Made by a program: the position numbers and the translations under genes. The notes under the pieces were generated by a model, which ran no database searches, had not been told where the DNA came from, and was given only the letters and a program-made list of their open reading frames with translations. Shown one piece after another: positions 26,761 to 39,064 of a stretch of 64,000 bases of DNA. Numbering within the stretch: the stretch's first letter is position 1; each line of letters begins with the position of its first letter. Source of the stretch: Azolla caroliniana (Eukaryota > Plantae > Polypodiophyta). The stretch is from NCBI GenBank assembly GCA_043228905.1, contig JBHGNT010000005.1, forward strand, positions 20,894,001 through 20,958,000. The letters are read 5' to 3'.

Positions 26761-27466
26761 TGAAGCAATTGATTGATTGATTGAATATAGTTGTTACAAT
26801 CAGCAGCCTGATTTGTAGATGAGGCTATTATTCTTCACTGGTTTGATTCCTGCACAGATTTGTTTTACAGAAACAAATGAAAAATTAGTTTACTCGAACA
26901 TATAACTTTACACATTCTTATTCTATGAATTAGCATTTCCAGATTCAGCCAACGAGTTCCTTATTAACTCGAGCAACATTTCAGAGCTTTCTTTATAGAT
27001 TCAACAAAACTTGATTGAGCGAATCTGCAATTTATTCATTGCACATATTTTTATTTCTAGATTCGGAAGCATAAATTAGCTTTTACAGACATCCTCAAAG
27101 ATTTCTTTACAGATCCCGAAACAATCAGCACTTACTGACTATCTATACAAATTCAAATAAACAAAACTAGCCTTAAGAGATTCATTCACAGACTCTATTA
27201 GAGATCCGAATCTATGGATTCCTTAATATACATTTGAATAACTGAAATGATCATCGATAGATTCATCCATAGCTCGGTTTAAAGATCTGAAAGAATGAAA
27301 GTGGTATTTATCGGTTCATAAATCCAACAGATATCTTTACAGATCCGATTGAATGAATGAGCGAATGAGAATTTACTGATTCGATTCGTTCCCAGGAATC
27401 CTTCAAAGCTCTACAAGGATCGGGAATCATATAATAAACTTGGGACATATTCGATCACAGATTTAT

Positions 27467-27575
27467 GTCCAATGACAGATCGAGATATGGAGCAAGACCT
27501 TAACGTCCAATGACAGATCGAAATATGGAGCAAGACCTTAATGTCCAATGACAGATTGAAATATGGGGCAAGACC
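27467..27575. repeat. 38-bp tandem repeat x3 upstream of the Rab coding region
   Basis: GTCCAATGACAGATYGARATATGGRGCAAGACC at 27467, 27505 and 27543. Confidence 0.85.
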
Positions 27576-28023
27576 AGAAGGAGGGGAGATGGAGAAGGAG
27601 AAGGAGATCAAATGGAATACCTGTATGTATATGCGTGCGTGCGTGTGTGTATAAATTATATACGGATGGATGAAATCCTTCGAAAATTGGAGAGAGAGAG
27701 ACAGAGAGAGACGCAGTCGAAAAGGAATGAAGAATTCTCTGCTCTCCTTCTTTTCTTTGTCTTTCTCTGTCTGTCTGCGTGCGCGTGCAGAATTTTGAAT
27801 GGGTCTGAAGCTTTAATGGAGCGCAGGCTTACTTCTGTAATTTCCCATAATTTTAAGGACATAAAAACCAAACTACTTACTATTTTATCTCGTCTTTCTC
27901 AGTGGCTAACCCTAATTTAACTTTAACCCTAATTAACTCCATTTTTATTTCTCTTAATAGCCCTAATTAACTCCATTTTTATTTGTAGCCACCTTTCTTT
28001 AGGTGGCTAACCCTAATTTAACT

Positions 28024-28570
28024 TAGCCCTAGTGGTGGGTAAGTCGATAGATTGCTAGCCCTAGGTCTTGGGTTCAAATCCCAGCTTTCGCACCTCCTTC
28101 GAGCCTATGGTCTTGGTCATTGGCTCCATCGGTTTTCTCAAAATGAGTGTGAGTATGCAGATCGGATCAGGATCATCGGCCACGAAAAGATAGATCGCTA
28201 GCCCTAGGTCTTGGGTTCAAATCCCAGCTTTCGCACCTCCTTCGAGCCTATGGTCTTGGCCCTTGGGTCATTGGCTCCATCGGTTTTCTCAAAATGAGTG
28301 TGAGTGTGCAGATCGGATCAGGATCATCGGCCATGAAAAGCCATGCCCTGTTCATTTGGTCTTTCTCTCTTTTTCTTTTTTTTATCGTAATTAGCTTACC
28401 GTAGTGATAAGTTGTTACATTACAAGCACTGCGTCCTAGGTTCGAAACCCATTTTTCTATATTATATGCTTCATACATATCTAGACTTAATTCATTAGAT
28501 GCCACCATGGAATGTAGGGGTTGAACCCATGACCTCCTGGTCTCCATTGGGCAACCATGCCAACTGAGCT
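28024..28570. mobile_element. Cluster of tRNA-derived SINE-like fragments including a ~143-bp tandem duplication
   Basis: A-box-like TAGCCCTAGTGG at 28024; B-box-like GGTTCAAATCC at 28071 and 28214 and GGTTCGAAACC at 28439; minus-strand AGCTCAGTTGG..GGGTTCAACCCC at 28570-28517. Duplication 28046-28188 / 28189-28340. Confidence 0.5.
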
Positions 28571-28575
28571 CCAGC

Positions 28576-28619
<44 letters not shown>

Positions 28620-28642
28620 GTAGAACCTTACCAATTGAACTA

Positions 28643-28718
<76 letters not shown>

Positions 28719-31531
28719 AGATGCCTATCCGAAAACCCTCACACCACCAATAACTCTTAGTTCTACGGTACACTCACAATTTTTTTTTACTAGAATTGGC
28801 ACCACCACAATAGATGTCGTAGTTTTACTCCACCTTATAACCCGACCTTTGCTCCTTGGTATTGGCAACAAAGTTGTTGAAATTCCACCATTTTCTCGAA
28901 TACATCAATACCAAGAACACCAACACGTTTCAACATAGTTACTAAAATGTTATGCTCACGAATACAAATTACATTACTTAAACAAAGTGGCTATATGTAA
29001 GGGATTGGTTGAGACAATTGTTTTTATGCTCACAAGTACAAAATTTTAGTAACATTACTTAGAAAGAGTGACAATATGCGAGGGATGTGCCTTGGGGACA
29101 AGTTTTTTAGGCTCACAAGTACACTTTACGTTACTTTAAAAGAGTGACCATACGTGAGGGATTGGCTGAGAAAAGTTTGACTTGTGCACCTTGGGATAAA
29201 CGTGATTGGATTTGGCGCATTATTGTGTACGTTGATGCCCAGACGAAAAAACAATCACCTTTCAACACTTTCTAGGTGTCTTGTTTTGTCATGGTTCCTT
29301 GTGTTTTATGCACACCAATTAGAAATTATTGTTCTCTTACATTGAGCATTTGCATAACATTACTTAAACAGAGTGTCATGGGCAAGAGATTAGTTGAGAC
29401 GACTTTGGATACCTACCATATCATCATCAACCTAGGTTTTTGTTATGTCTATGTCCTTCACATGGAGTTAGCCACCATCAATATTTTTCTATCTTGCAAA
29501 CTTCACTTAATTTATTGCTAATTCTCGCCTCCTAGTGAGATTCTTGTGTGATTTTGCAATATTTGGCTCACAAATTTTAGAGAAACGATGATGAAGAAAT
29601 TGTTTGATGTTAGATCTTGAGTATGGTCTAGACTTTAACTATCTATCCCCGTGGTATTTGTTTGAATTGTGTTCTTGGAAGTTGGAGGCATCAAAGGAGA
29701 GAGAGAGGGAGGGAGTTAAGAAAAATGAAAATACAAAGCGGATTCTACGCTTTAATCCAGGTGCTAAAATGATTAAAAAAAAAACTCACACTATCCGTAT
29801 TAAAAATTAATCCAAAAAGCATAAGAGGTATGGAATACATAATGCCTGTTTATATGTTTTTTGTTAGGCTTTTATCCTCTCCATGTATCACAAATATTCA
29901 AATGGGAACTTGAGTTGAGGATTCCATGTGAGCACCAATAGAACATGGGTTATTTGATACTTAGAACACAACCCAAACTAATTTTTCAAACACTGAATCA
30001 GGTCCAACTCTATTCAGAGAATTACGAAAAAACCACATCTACGGGCATGTCAAAAGATGGCACATTGTATTTTCAAATCTTGTCAAACATGACATTTTAT
30101 AATCCTCGCACTTGTTACTAAAGCCACTCTGGAGTTCTACATAAAAAACGATTTGTGGAGCCTTGTTATGCATGTAACTTGATTAATACCCTTGAATGAC
30201 TTATTAGTACTACTTTGATTATATCATAGATGTAACATCTTACATCTTCTTAAATTGTGGATCCTGAAATTTTGCTTTACTATATCAATTTAAAATAATG
30301 TTGCTATAGCAAAAATGAATTTTGTCTACTATCTAAATATCTATATCTACATCAATGACATACAACATCATCTTGGGTGTTTGTAAGAAATGTGACTTGG
30401 GCGATCAACATTCCAGAGAAACAAAACAAACGAGTAATTAGGTTCCTAAAACTTACATCCATTAAATCATCAAGATCAACTTCTTGATACAAAGATGCTC
30501 ATGCTCACGCTTTGTATTTCTCCAACTATTCTTGATGTAATAAAATAAAGAAATCAAGAAAAAGCAATTCACCATAAGGTTATGGAATCAAACACATAAA
30601 TTTGTTTGGATTAGCTTGTGGTTTAATTTCATATAGAGTTATTTATACCTAAGCATTATGGAGTTAATGTGGACGCACAAAGATCAAGGCCAACAAATCA
30701 ATTGTTGGGATTGACATCTAATTCAATGGGTGGGGTTAACATTGTGCACAATTATAAACTTTAGAAAAGTGTTATGCCCCTATTTTATGGGGGTCTCAAA
30801 GCCACACGAAAACACGATGGGGACACAAATCATAGTTATATTTCATTATAAACACAAAATACAACAGTCCCAATATTTGGGAAAAAGAGAAATCCACAAA
30901 TCGGAGTTGGGAAAATTCGGGACTGATTCGAGACAACTCCCAAAACCACCAAGGGAGAGAGTGCAAAATGGTTACACATTCCTTAAAAGCTCAGATGATG
31001 AGAATGAGAGAATAGGAGAGAGTGAGAGTGAATCTCAAAATATGGGAATAGCTACAAATGAGGAGTGATCCTCCTTATATATGCCAAATATGGCTGTTGG
31101 GACTAGCTATTAGTTGGTCCCTTAAGGCTACCCATTGGAATTGGGCCCCTTGCTTAGTCCCAGTCTGGATTAATAAGCAAAAGAGCAAAACCAAAATGAT
31201 TGTGGAAAACTATTTAAATGCTATGATGATTGAATGTAGAACCTAGGGACACCAGAAAAGGTTGCCATAAATGAAACATTAGACAACTTGTCGTCACGAA
31301 TCCATTGATTACTGAAACAAAGAAGGGATCGTGGATGGCACTAATAAATAAATGGAATTTGTTATTGTTTGGGGTCATTTGTAGCATTTTTTTTGGCTAT
31401 CCCATGGGGCATGCCAAATGCTGGCTATCTAGTGGACATTGTATAGACATATAAAACCCCACCATTTGCGATTATACAAAAGGGCCACATGGAGTAAAAA
31501 TATACTCATGTCTAGGCAACACGCCATCATG

Positions 31532-32123
31532 TGTTAGGATGACACTCGGATCAAATAGTACATTAGATTAATTAGAAAACAATAATATGATAATATAGGA
31601 GCGGAGAAATAAATGACACGAGTATTTACGTGGTTCGGCTAAATTAGCCTACGTCCACGGAAAGGAGAGTGATTCCACTATAAGAAAATGTAACAAAGAG
31701 TTTACAAACAATTAGAGAAATTATTCTCTAATTAAACCCAACACCCAAGAGAATAACCTCACAATTCTCTCATAAGAATTCTCTAAAATGGTGTTTTCCA
31801 ACTCTCTATTTCTCTCAAATCTCACAAGCCTACAACTCTTGGTGGTCATGCCTTTTAAATGATTAAGGTTGCCTTTATATATATAGCCCTCACTTCACTA
31901 ACTTTTGCATGATAATGATGCATGCATGGGCCTTTATATATATAGCCCTCACTTCACTAACTTTTGCATGATAATGATGCATGCATGGGCATTTATATAT
32001 ATAGCCCTCACTTCACTAACTTTTGCATGATAATGATGCATGCATGGGCCTTTATATATACTTCATGCAGATGAGAGACGTGGCTTTTCATAAACCACAA
32101 AAATTAATTCAAGTCGTTTAACA
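31532..32123 (-). repeat. 3' LTR of Copia A, containing a 59-bp tandem repeat x3 (31871-32060)
   Basis: TG..CA termini; matches 63947-64000. The unit GCCTTTATATATATAGCCCTCAC..GCATGCATGG is repeated. Confidence 0.9.
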
Positions 32124-32179
32124 AATCTCCACCTTGACTTGAATTTTATAGTAATCTCACTCCACCTTTGCCAGATAAC

Positions 32180-33085
32180 TCAATTATCGGCAACACCAAT
32201 CAAATTCAACCAATGCTTGAACTTGATTCTTGGAAGAGGCTTCGTCAACATATCTGTGGGATTTTCATGAGTTGAAATCTTTTTCACTAAGATATCACCC
32301 CGCGAAATAACATCACGAATAAAGTGATACTTGATATCGATGTGCTTAGTTCTTTCATGGAACATCTAATCTTTAGTCAAATGAATGGCACTTTGACTAT
32401 CACATAAAATGTCGATCTTGTCCGAACAAGAATTGAGCTCCCCAAGTAAGCCTCTTAACCAGATTCCTTCTTTAACCACCTCTGTCACTGCAATGTACTC
32501 TGCCTCTGTCATTGATAACGCAACCACGGGCTGCAACGAAGCTTTCCAGCTAACTGCACTTCCACCCAGAGTGAATACATACCCTGTCAGTGATCTTCTT
32601 TTATCAAGATCACCAACATAGTTAGAGTCAACATAGCCAACTAGAGAACTACTACTCTTGCCAAACTCCAGATAAGCGTTTGAAATCCCAACGCAAATAT
32701 CTTAGAATCCATTTCACTGCATTCCAGTGTGATTTTCCAGGACAAGCCATGTATCTGCTGACCACACTCACAACATGTGAAATATCTGGACGCGTACAAA
32801 CCATAGCATACATCATGCTACCAACTGCACTGGAGTAGGGAACTCTTGCCATGTATCTCTTTTCATTATCTAACTTTGGTGATAAAGAAGCTGATAACTT
32901 AAAATGCGTTGCAAATGGAGTCGATACTGGTTTAGCATTTTCCATACCAAACCTCTCCAACACTTTCTCAATATAAAGTTCTCTTCTGAGTTAAATACAA
33001 CTTTCCACCAATACGATCTCTTTCGATTTTCATGCCAAGGATCCTTTTTGCTGCACCAAGATCCTTCATCTCGAACACTCTGTTC
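32180..33085 (-). pseudogene. Copia A RT C-terminus and RNase H
   Basis: VPYSSAVGSMMYAMVCTRPDI and [16 protein letters not shown]; stops and frameshifts. Confidence 0.9.
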
Positions 33086-34397
33086 AACTGTGTTGAGCGG
33101 CAAGCTCAACTGGATCCGGATTGGCATCCAAAAGGATGACCGGTGAGCTGTGGAGCCAATTAGCTGGATCAAGCTGTAACCGGAAGCCAAGTAGTAGCTA
33201 GTCTACTAGGGAGTTAATATCTCATAGTTAGTGTCAGACGCACGTGTGAGCATTGAAGTACACCCTACTTCTGTCAGTCCGGATGGACTTGTATAAAAGT
33301 GTTCACTGAACACATACAATGTATAGACTGAGTAGTATTTTTTGAATTGAGTTTCTATGTGCTCTCTCTCTGTCTCTCCCGCGTACTGTTAAGCTCTCCA
33401 TTAAACCTATTTTCTGTTTTCTATTGCTTCCGCATGCTATTTGTTTCTACATGGTATCAATGCGCGAGGGTTGAGAACCTCTGTAGCCGACATTCGCTTT
33501 CGCAAGAAGAAAACCTAACCTTTGTAAAGAACAAAAAAAAAAACAAATGGATAGAGGAATGGCTAGCTTGCTCCCAGTGGAGAAGCTCGACAGATCCAAC
33601 TACGCATCTTGGTCATACAAGATGCACCAGTACCTGCTTGGGCATGGTTACTGGAGCTATGTCGACAGAGCTAACGACACAACACCTGATGCTGCACACA
33701 AGGACTTCCTGGTGTGGGAACAATCGACAACTAGAGTGATGTACTGCTTTGCGTCCAGTGTCGGAGACCAGCTGCTGAGCCACGTCCGAGATGCCAAGAC
33801 GCCGAAAGAGGCTTGGGGAAACCTGAAGAAGGTGTTCGTTGCAAGCACTACAGCCCGGAAGCTGCAACTCCGACAAGAGTTGAGCAATGTCCGGCAGAAG
33901 GACATGTCGGTGGTTAATTAGACGGCCCGAATCAAAGAGATCTATGACTCGCTTGCCTCTATCAATGTCATAGTAGAGGAAGACGAGATGTTATAGGTCT
34001 GTCTTGGGGGCCTAGTGTCTAAGTTCCGAGCTTTCCGGACAACAATATGTACGAGGGAGAATACACTGTCATTTTTCGACTTACAGTCGATGCTCCTTGT
34101 AGAGGAGAACTACGCCGGTGCGTCAACAAGTGCACCCACCGACAGCCGGATGTTGTACATAGAGGCGGATCGGCCCCGTGGGCGTGGTGGACGAGGCGGG
34201 TCAGCATGCAATGGAGGCAGCCGACAAGGGCAAGACCGACGACACTGAGACCGTGCCGATAGTAGTTCCGGGACCTCCACAACCAGGGGGAGTCAAGGTA
34301 GCGCCGGAGGTCGGCAAGACAAATCCGCCACAGATTGCTGGTACTGTGGCAAAAAGGCCATAGAGAAAGCGAGTGCTGGAAGAAGCGTGCCGATTCG

Positions 34398-35174
34398 TGT
34401 TGGGAGACAGGTCCCTCCGGATGGGAAAGGAGAAGAACAGTGCCGACGAACAAACTCGGCCGAGGCCGAAACGGTATGAACCGGATGGGGAGTACCCGAC
34501 TGCGGAGAGCCGGATGGTGTAGGCCCGGTATGAACCGGATGGGGAGTACCCGACTGCGGAGAGCTGGATGGTGTAGGCCCGGTATGAACCGGATGGGGAG
34601 TACCCGATTGCGGAGAGCCGGATGGTGTAGGCCCGGTATGAACCGGAGGGGAGTACCCGACTACGGAGAGCCGGATGGTGCAGGCCCGGTATGAACCGGA
34701 GGAAGAGACATATTCGTAAATATGTTTCTGAGAGCCCATCGAGGCTACATTTGTAAATAGCCGAAAAGTCATATTAGTATAAATATGACTTAGGGCAAAC
34801 TTTTAGGTTTTTTGTCGTTTTTTGTTGTTGTCATTCTTCCTTGTTGGTGCAAGAAGAAGAGAGAGCGCGTAACTGTACAGAGAGAGAGAGAGAGAGACGA
34901 GGTCGTTGCCTCTGTTGTAACCGCCGCCTGTGGCGAAGATTTGAGAGCACGAGGTCGTTGCCTCAATGAACTCACTGTTGTATATTCCTACATAGTGACA
35001 GTTTGCAGCTTGTGGGCTGCCGTGGTTTTTCCCCTATTTTGGGGTTTTCCACGTAAACCTCCTGTGTACCATTTCTCCCCTTTGTGTCGCGTTTTCATTA
35101 CCTGTTTTTCTGTGTATGAAAAGAATCTCGGTTGTGGCCGAGCGTCGGACATAAGGAATGTCGAGTTCTCAACA
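34398..35174 (+). mobile_element. Solo LTR C (777 bp), related to the LTR of Copia F, inserted in the gag of B
   Basis: TGTTGGGA..TCTCAACA termini; TSD ATTCG/ATTCA. Shares TATAAATATGACTTAGGGCAAACT, CCGCCGCCTGTGGCGA and GGGTTTTCCACGT with the F LTR. Internal 54-bp repeat x4 at 34472-34707. Confidence 0.9.
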
Positions 35175-38100
35175 ATTCAGACAAATCGGGATTCGGCAAA
35201 ACCGGTCGGGAGAACTGGCAAAGCTCGCACTACGCGCAAGGATCGAAAGGATCTGGAACCGGGAAGACCGGTAAGGGGCCCGCCTTGGTGATGAAGCATG
35301 CGGCAAATTCGATGAAGAAGACCACTTCCAAATCGGAGGAAGTGTGGTACGTTGATTCCGGTGCATCAAATCACATGACGAACCACAAAGAGTGGTTCTC
35401 CTTCCTGGAGAAACTAGAACAACTGGGAGTTGTCGAAATTGGAGACGATACTCCTCACCCAATTGTGCATGTCGATGAAGTCCCTTTGAGCCACATCGGA
35501 TAGAGGGGGAAGCTGATGAACGTATTACACGTTCCGACTATCACGAAGAACCTGGTGTCGGTCGGACATATCGTCGACCTGGGGATGCAGGTGTGGTTTA
35601 TGCACCTCAGATGCTTCATTGAGGAGGAGAGCCAGATTATTGCGCAAGGGTGTAGAGACGGGAGGATGTTCATCCTTGACACCAATGACGTCGGCACCAC
35701 TTTGTTCACCAAAGGATAGAAGATTGAGTCGGACATCGATCTCTGGCTCAAGTGGATTGGCCACGTCAATTACCGGAGGCTTCAAGACCTGCAAACAAAA
35801 CAAGTTGTTTTCGGTTTGCCGAAGTTCACTGGCCGGAAGGCCAAAGTATGTGAAGCCTGCCAACTCGGGAAGCAACACCGGCTTCCATTCCCCACCAAAC
35901 GAAACCGTAGCCGTAACAAGCTCGACCTTATTCATTCGGATGTATGGGGACCGGCACAGAACGTGAGTCTTGGTGGGAGTCGATACTTCGTCTCCTTCAT
36001 CGACGACTATAGCCGGCACACATGGATCTACCTCATTGAGCGGAAGAGCGAAGTCTTCGACTGTTTCCGGAACCTCCAAAAAGCATGGTGGAACGGGAAT
36101 CAGAGAGGAAGATCAAGTGCTTGCGGTCAGATGGCAGAAAAGAATATTTTTCCGGCCAATTCAACAGTTATCTGCAGCAAACAGGGATTCGGAGAGAGTT
36201 CAGCTGCAGATACACACTGGAGCAAAATGGTGTGGCCGAAAGGAAGAACCGGTCGCTTGTCGACACGGCAAGGGCAATGCTGGAAGAGAAGAGCATGCCC
36301 CATCTCTACTGGGCGGAGGCGGTCCGGACGACCATCTACATCTAAAACCGGATTGGTGACAAGGTGTCCGCGCATGAGCTATATTTCGGGCGCAAGCCTA
36401 ATTTGAGACACCTTCGGATTTTCGGCAACGTAGCATATGTGCATGTGCCGGATGAGAAGCGAAGGAAGTTGGATGCAAAATCGGAGAAGTGCATCCTCGT
36501 CGGCTACTCACATGAGCAAAAGGGGTATAAGTGTTATAACCCCCGGACGAAGCAAGTCCGAGTTAGCCGCGATGTTGAGTTTGATGAGACGACATCATGG
36601 TATGCCTTACCGGCTCCGACTTCCGATCCTGATCTGATATTGGAGGATGAGGCTAGTGAGCTTGAGCCAGTCTAGATAGAAGATGATGACTCCGGGACTC
36701 AAGAAGAGAGTCTGGAATCGTTTCGGTTGAGTGGGCCGAACGAGAGACTGGGTCAATCCGACCAGTCAGAAGAGGAACCGACGAGTAGTGAAGACTCTGC
36801 CGTGCTCTCCCCGCGCAAGGAACCGAGGAGATGGTTCACGCACAAAGAGAAGGGAGAAGAAGATGCCGGATTATGAAACCGGTAATGATGAGTCAGATCA
36901 GAGCGGATACGACTCGGGAAAGGAAAATGATGGCTTTTCGACACCGAAGACCGAACCGGCCAAGAAGGGCCTCAAACCGGGTAACGGTGGGTTACACCGG
37001 TCAATCCGCCAGAAGGAACTTGTTAAACGATACGGGTACAATGAGTACTTGGCGCATCACTATGCGTACATGACCAAGGTGGCGGAAGTGCGTGAGCCGG
37101 AGAGCTATGCAACAACGGCCAAGGATGCAAATTGGCGTGCCGCTATGGAGGAAGAGATGCGGGCACTTGATGCCAACGATACATGGGACCTGGTGGACCC
37201 TCCCTGTCACAGTAAATTGATCGGATGCAAGTGGGTGTACAAGGTAAAGTACAATGCCGACGGTTCGTGTGGTGCTGGTGGTTGCTACGGCAAGGGAGTG
37301 GCATCTTCACCAGATGGACGTGAAGAATGCATTTCTTCAAGGCGATCTAGAAGAAGAGGTCTTTATGACCCAACCTCCCGGTTTTCAGTCGGAGATATAC
37401 AAGTCGGCTGTATGCCGGTTGAAGAAGTCACTTTATGGCCTGAAGCAAGCCCCCTGAGCTTGGAATGCAAAGATTACGCACTGGTTGTGTAAGTTGGGGT
37501 TTGCGGCCTCCAAGTCTGACTCTTCGTTGTTCATCCGGCAAGGTTCGGAAGGTCCGGTTTGCATTTTGCTATATGTTGATGATCTAGTCATCACCGGACC
37601 TGGACTCGATGAAATCAGCCGTGTCAAGTCCCCGCTGTCGGACGCATTTGAGATGAAGGACCTGGGGGACCTTCACTATTTCCTTGGGATCGAGGTGATC
37701 CGAACCCCCGACGACATATTGCTCTCACAAAGACACTATGTGTTGAATATGTTGTACAAGTTCGGCATGACGGAATGCCGCCCTATTTTTACACCCTTGG
37801 ACCGGAAATAGAAGCTCTGTCCCAACTCCGGACCGGCCTGCGATGAGAAACGGTTCCGAAAAATTGTCGGAAGCCTTATAAATTTGACCATCACCCGACC
37901 CAACATCAGTTATCCGGTTGGTGTGATTAGTCAAATCATGCAGAAGCCGACCGTTGAGCATCTTTAGTGTGCGCACCGAATATTGTGGTATGTGAACGGC
38001 ATGAAGGACCGGGGACTGTTATACCGGCGAGGTATGACCGAAGAGCTAGTCGCCTACACGGATGCTGACTAGGCTGGTGATGCATCAGATCGTTGTTCCA

Positions 38101-38776
38101 CTTCCGGCTATATGTTTTCCCTCGGTAGCACGACTGTTGCGTGGAGCAACAAAAAGCAGCTAACAGCGGCTCTATCAAGCACTGAGGGTGAATACCGGGG
38201 CACTACCCTTGCCACATGTGAAGCCGTTTGGCTTTGGCGACTGCTGCAAGACTTGCGGATCGAGGTGCTGACCCTGATCCTGATCTATTGCGACAACATA
38301 AGCAGCATACTGTTGTCCAGAGGACAGAAATGTAAAATTAGGAAATTAGCAAACGTCGAGTCCGAGTATCACAGGCCACCGACGGCTCGGCTGTGTATTA
38401 GGGGAAACGTTATTTAAACGAGGACCAGTACCTCAGAGGGGGAGAGAGAGGAAAAATATAGGCAGAAGCACTAGCTTAGTCCCTCGTAAGTAGATAATCT
38501 TGTAAGGTCACCGGCCGTAGGCCGTGTTCTGTAATCTTTTTTTTTGTCATAGTAATATATCTGATTTGTGCCCATTTTGCTCCATGTGTCGGTGCTTGGA
38601 TTCATACCTATGATTTCAGCGCCGCCCACGCCTATCAAGATCTCGCTAGTGTTTTATCTCTGATCATTGTCTCTCTCACGATGCCTCTGTTACGAGCGTT
38701 CACGTACCACGCCCTTGAATACCGATAGCCGCAGATCTATCGAAGGTGTTCACCCAAAGGAACGGGTAACACAATT

Positions 38777-38789
38777 TGGCACGCCCGGT
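38777..38789 (+). promoter_or_regulatory. Primer-binding site of Gypsy D, complementary to tRNA-Arg(UCU) 3' end
   Basis: TGGCACGCCCGGT 5 nt after the LTR end; complement of ..ACCGGGCGUG-CCA (tRNA sequence recalled, not looked up). Confidence 0.8.
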
Positions 38790-39064
38790 TACAGCTGTGA
38801 GTGCACAACGAACTTCGTTGAAGGTAACCACCAGCTGCTGTTACGGCGCCCTCTCGCACCACAAGGTCTCGGCCACCTGCCCGACGCCCTGAACCAGTTG
38901 AAGGAACTTCCGACTCGGCGGTCACTGACCAATCCTTTCTCGAGCAATTAGAGGCTTCCCCAGTGCAATCCTCGCCACCGGACACTCGATCGTGAGTTGA
39001 TTCACCACCAAAACCCCCGCCGAGCCCTCCGGAGGTCAATCAACCGGAACTAAACCCTTTTTCG

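Noticed and set aside
34472-34707. CRISPR-like or repeat-protein reading of the 54-bp array
   Set aside because: Head-to-tail units with no unique spacers, located inside a solo LTR in a eukaryotic genome.
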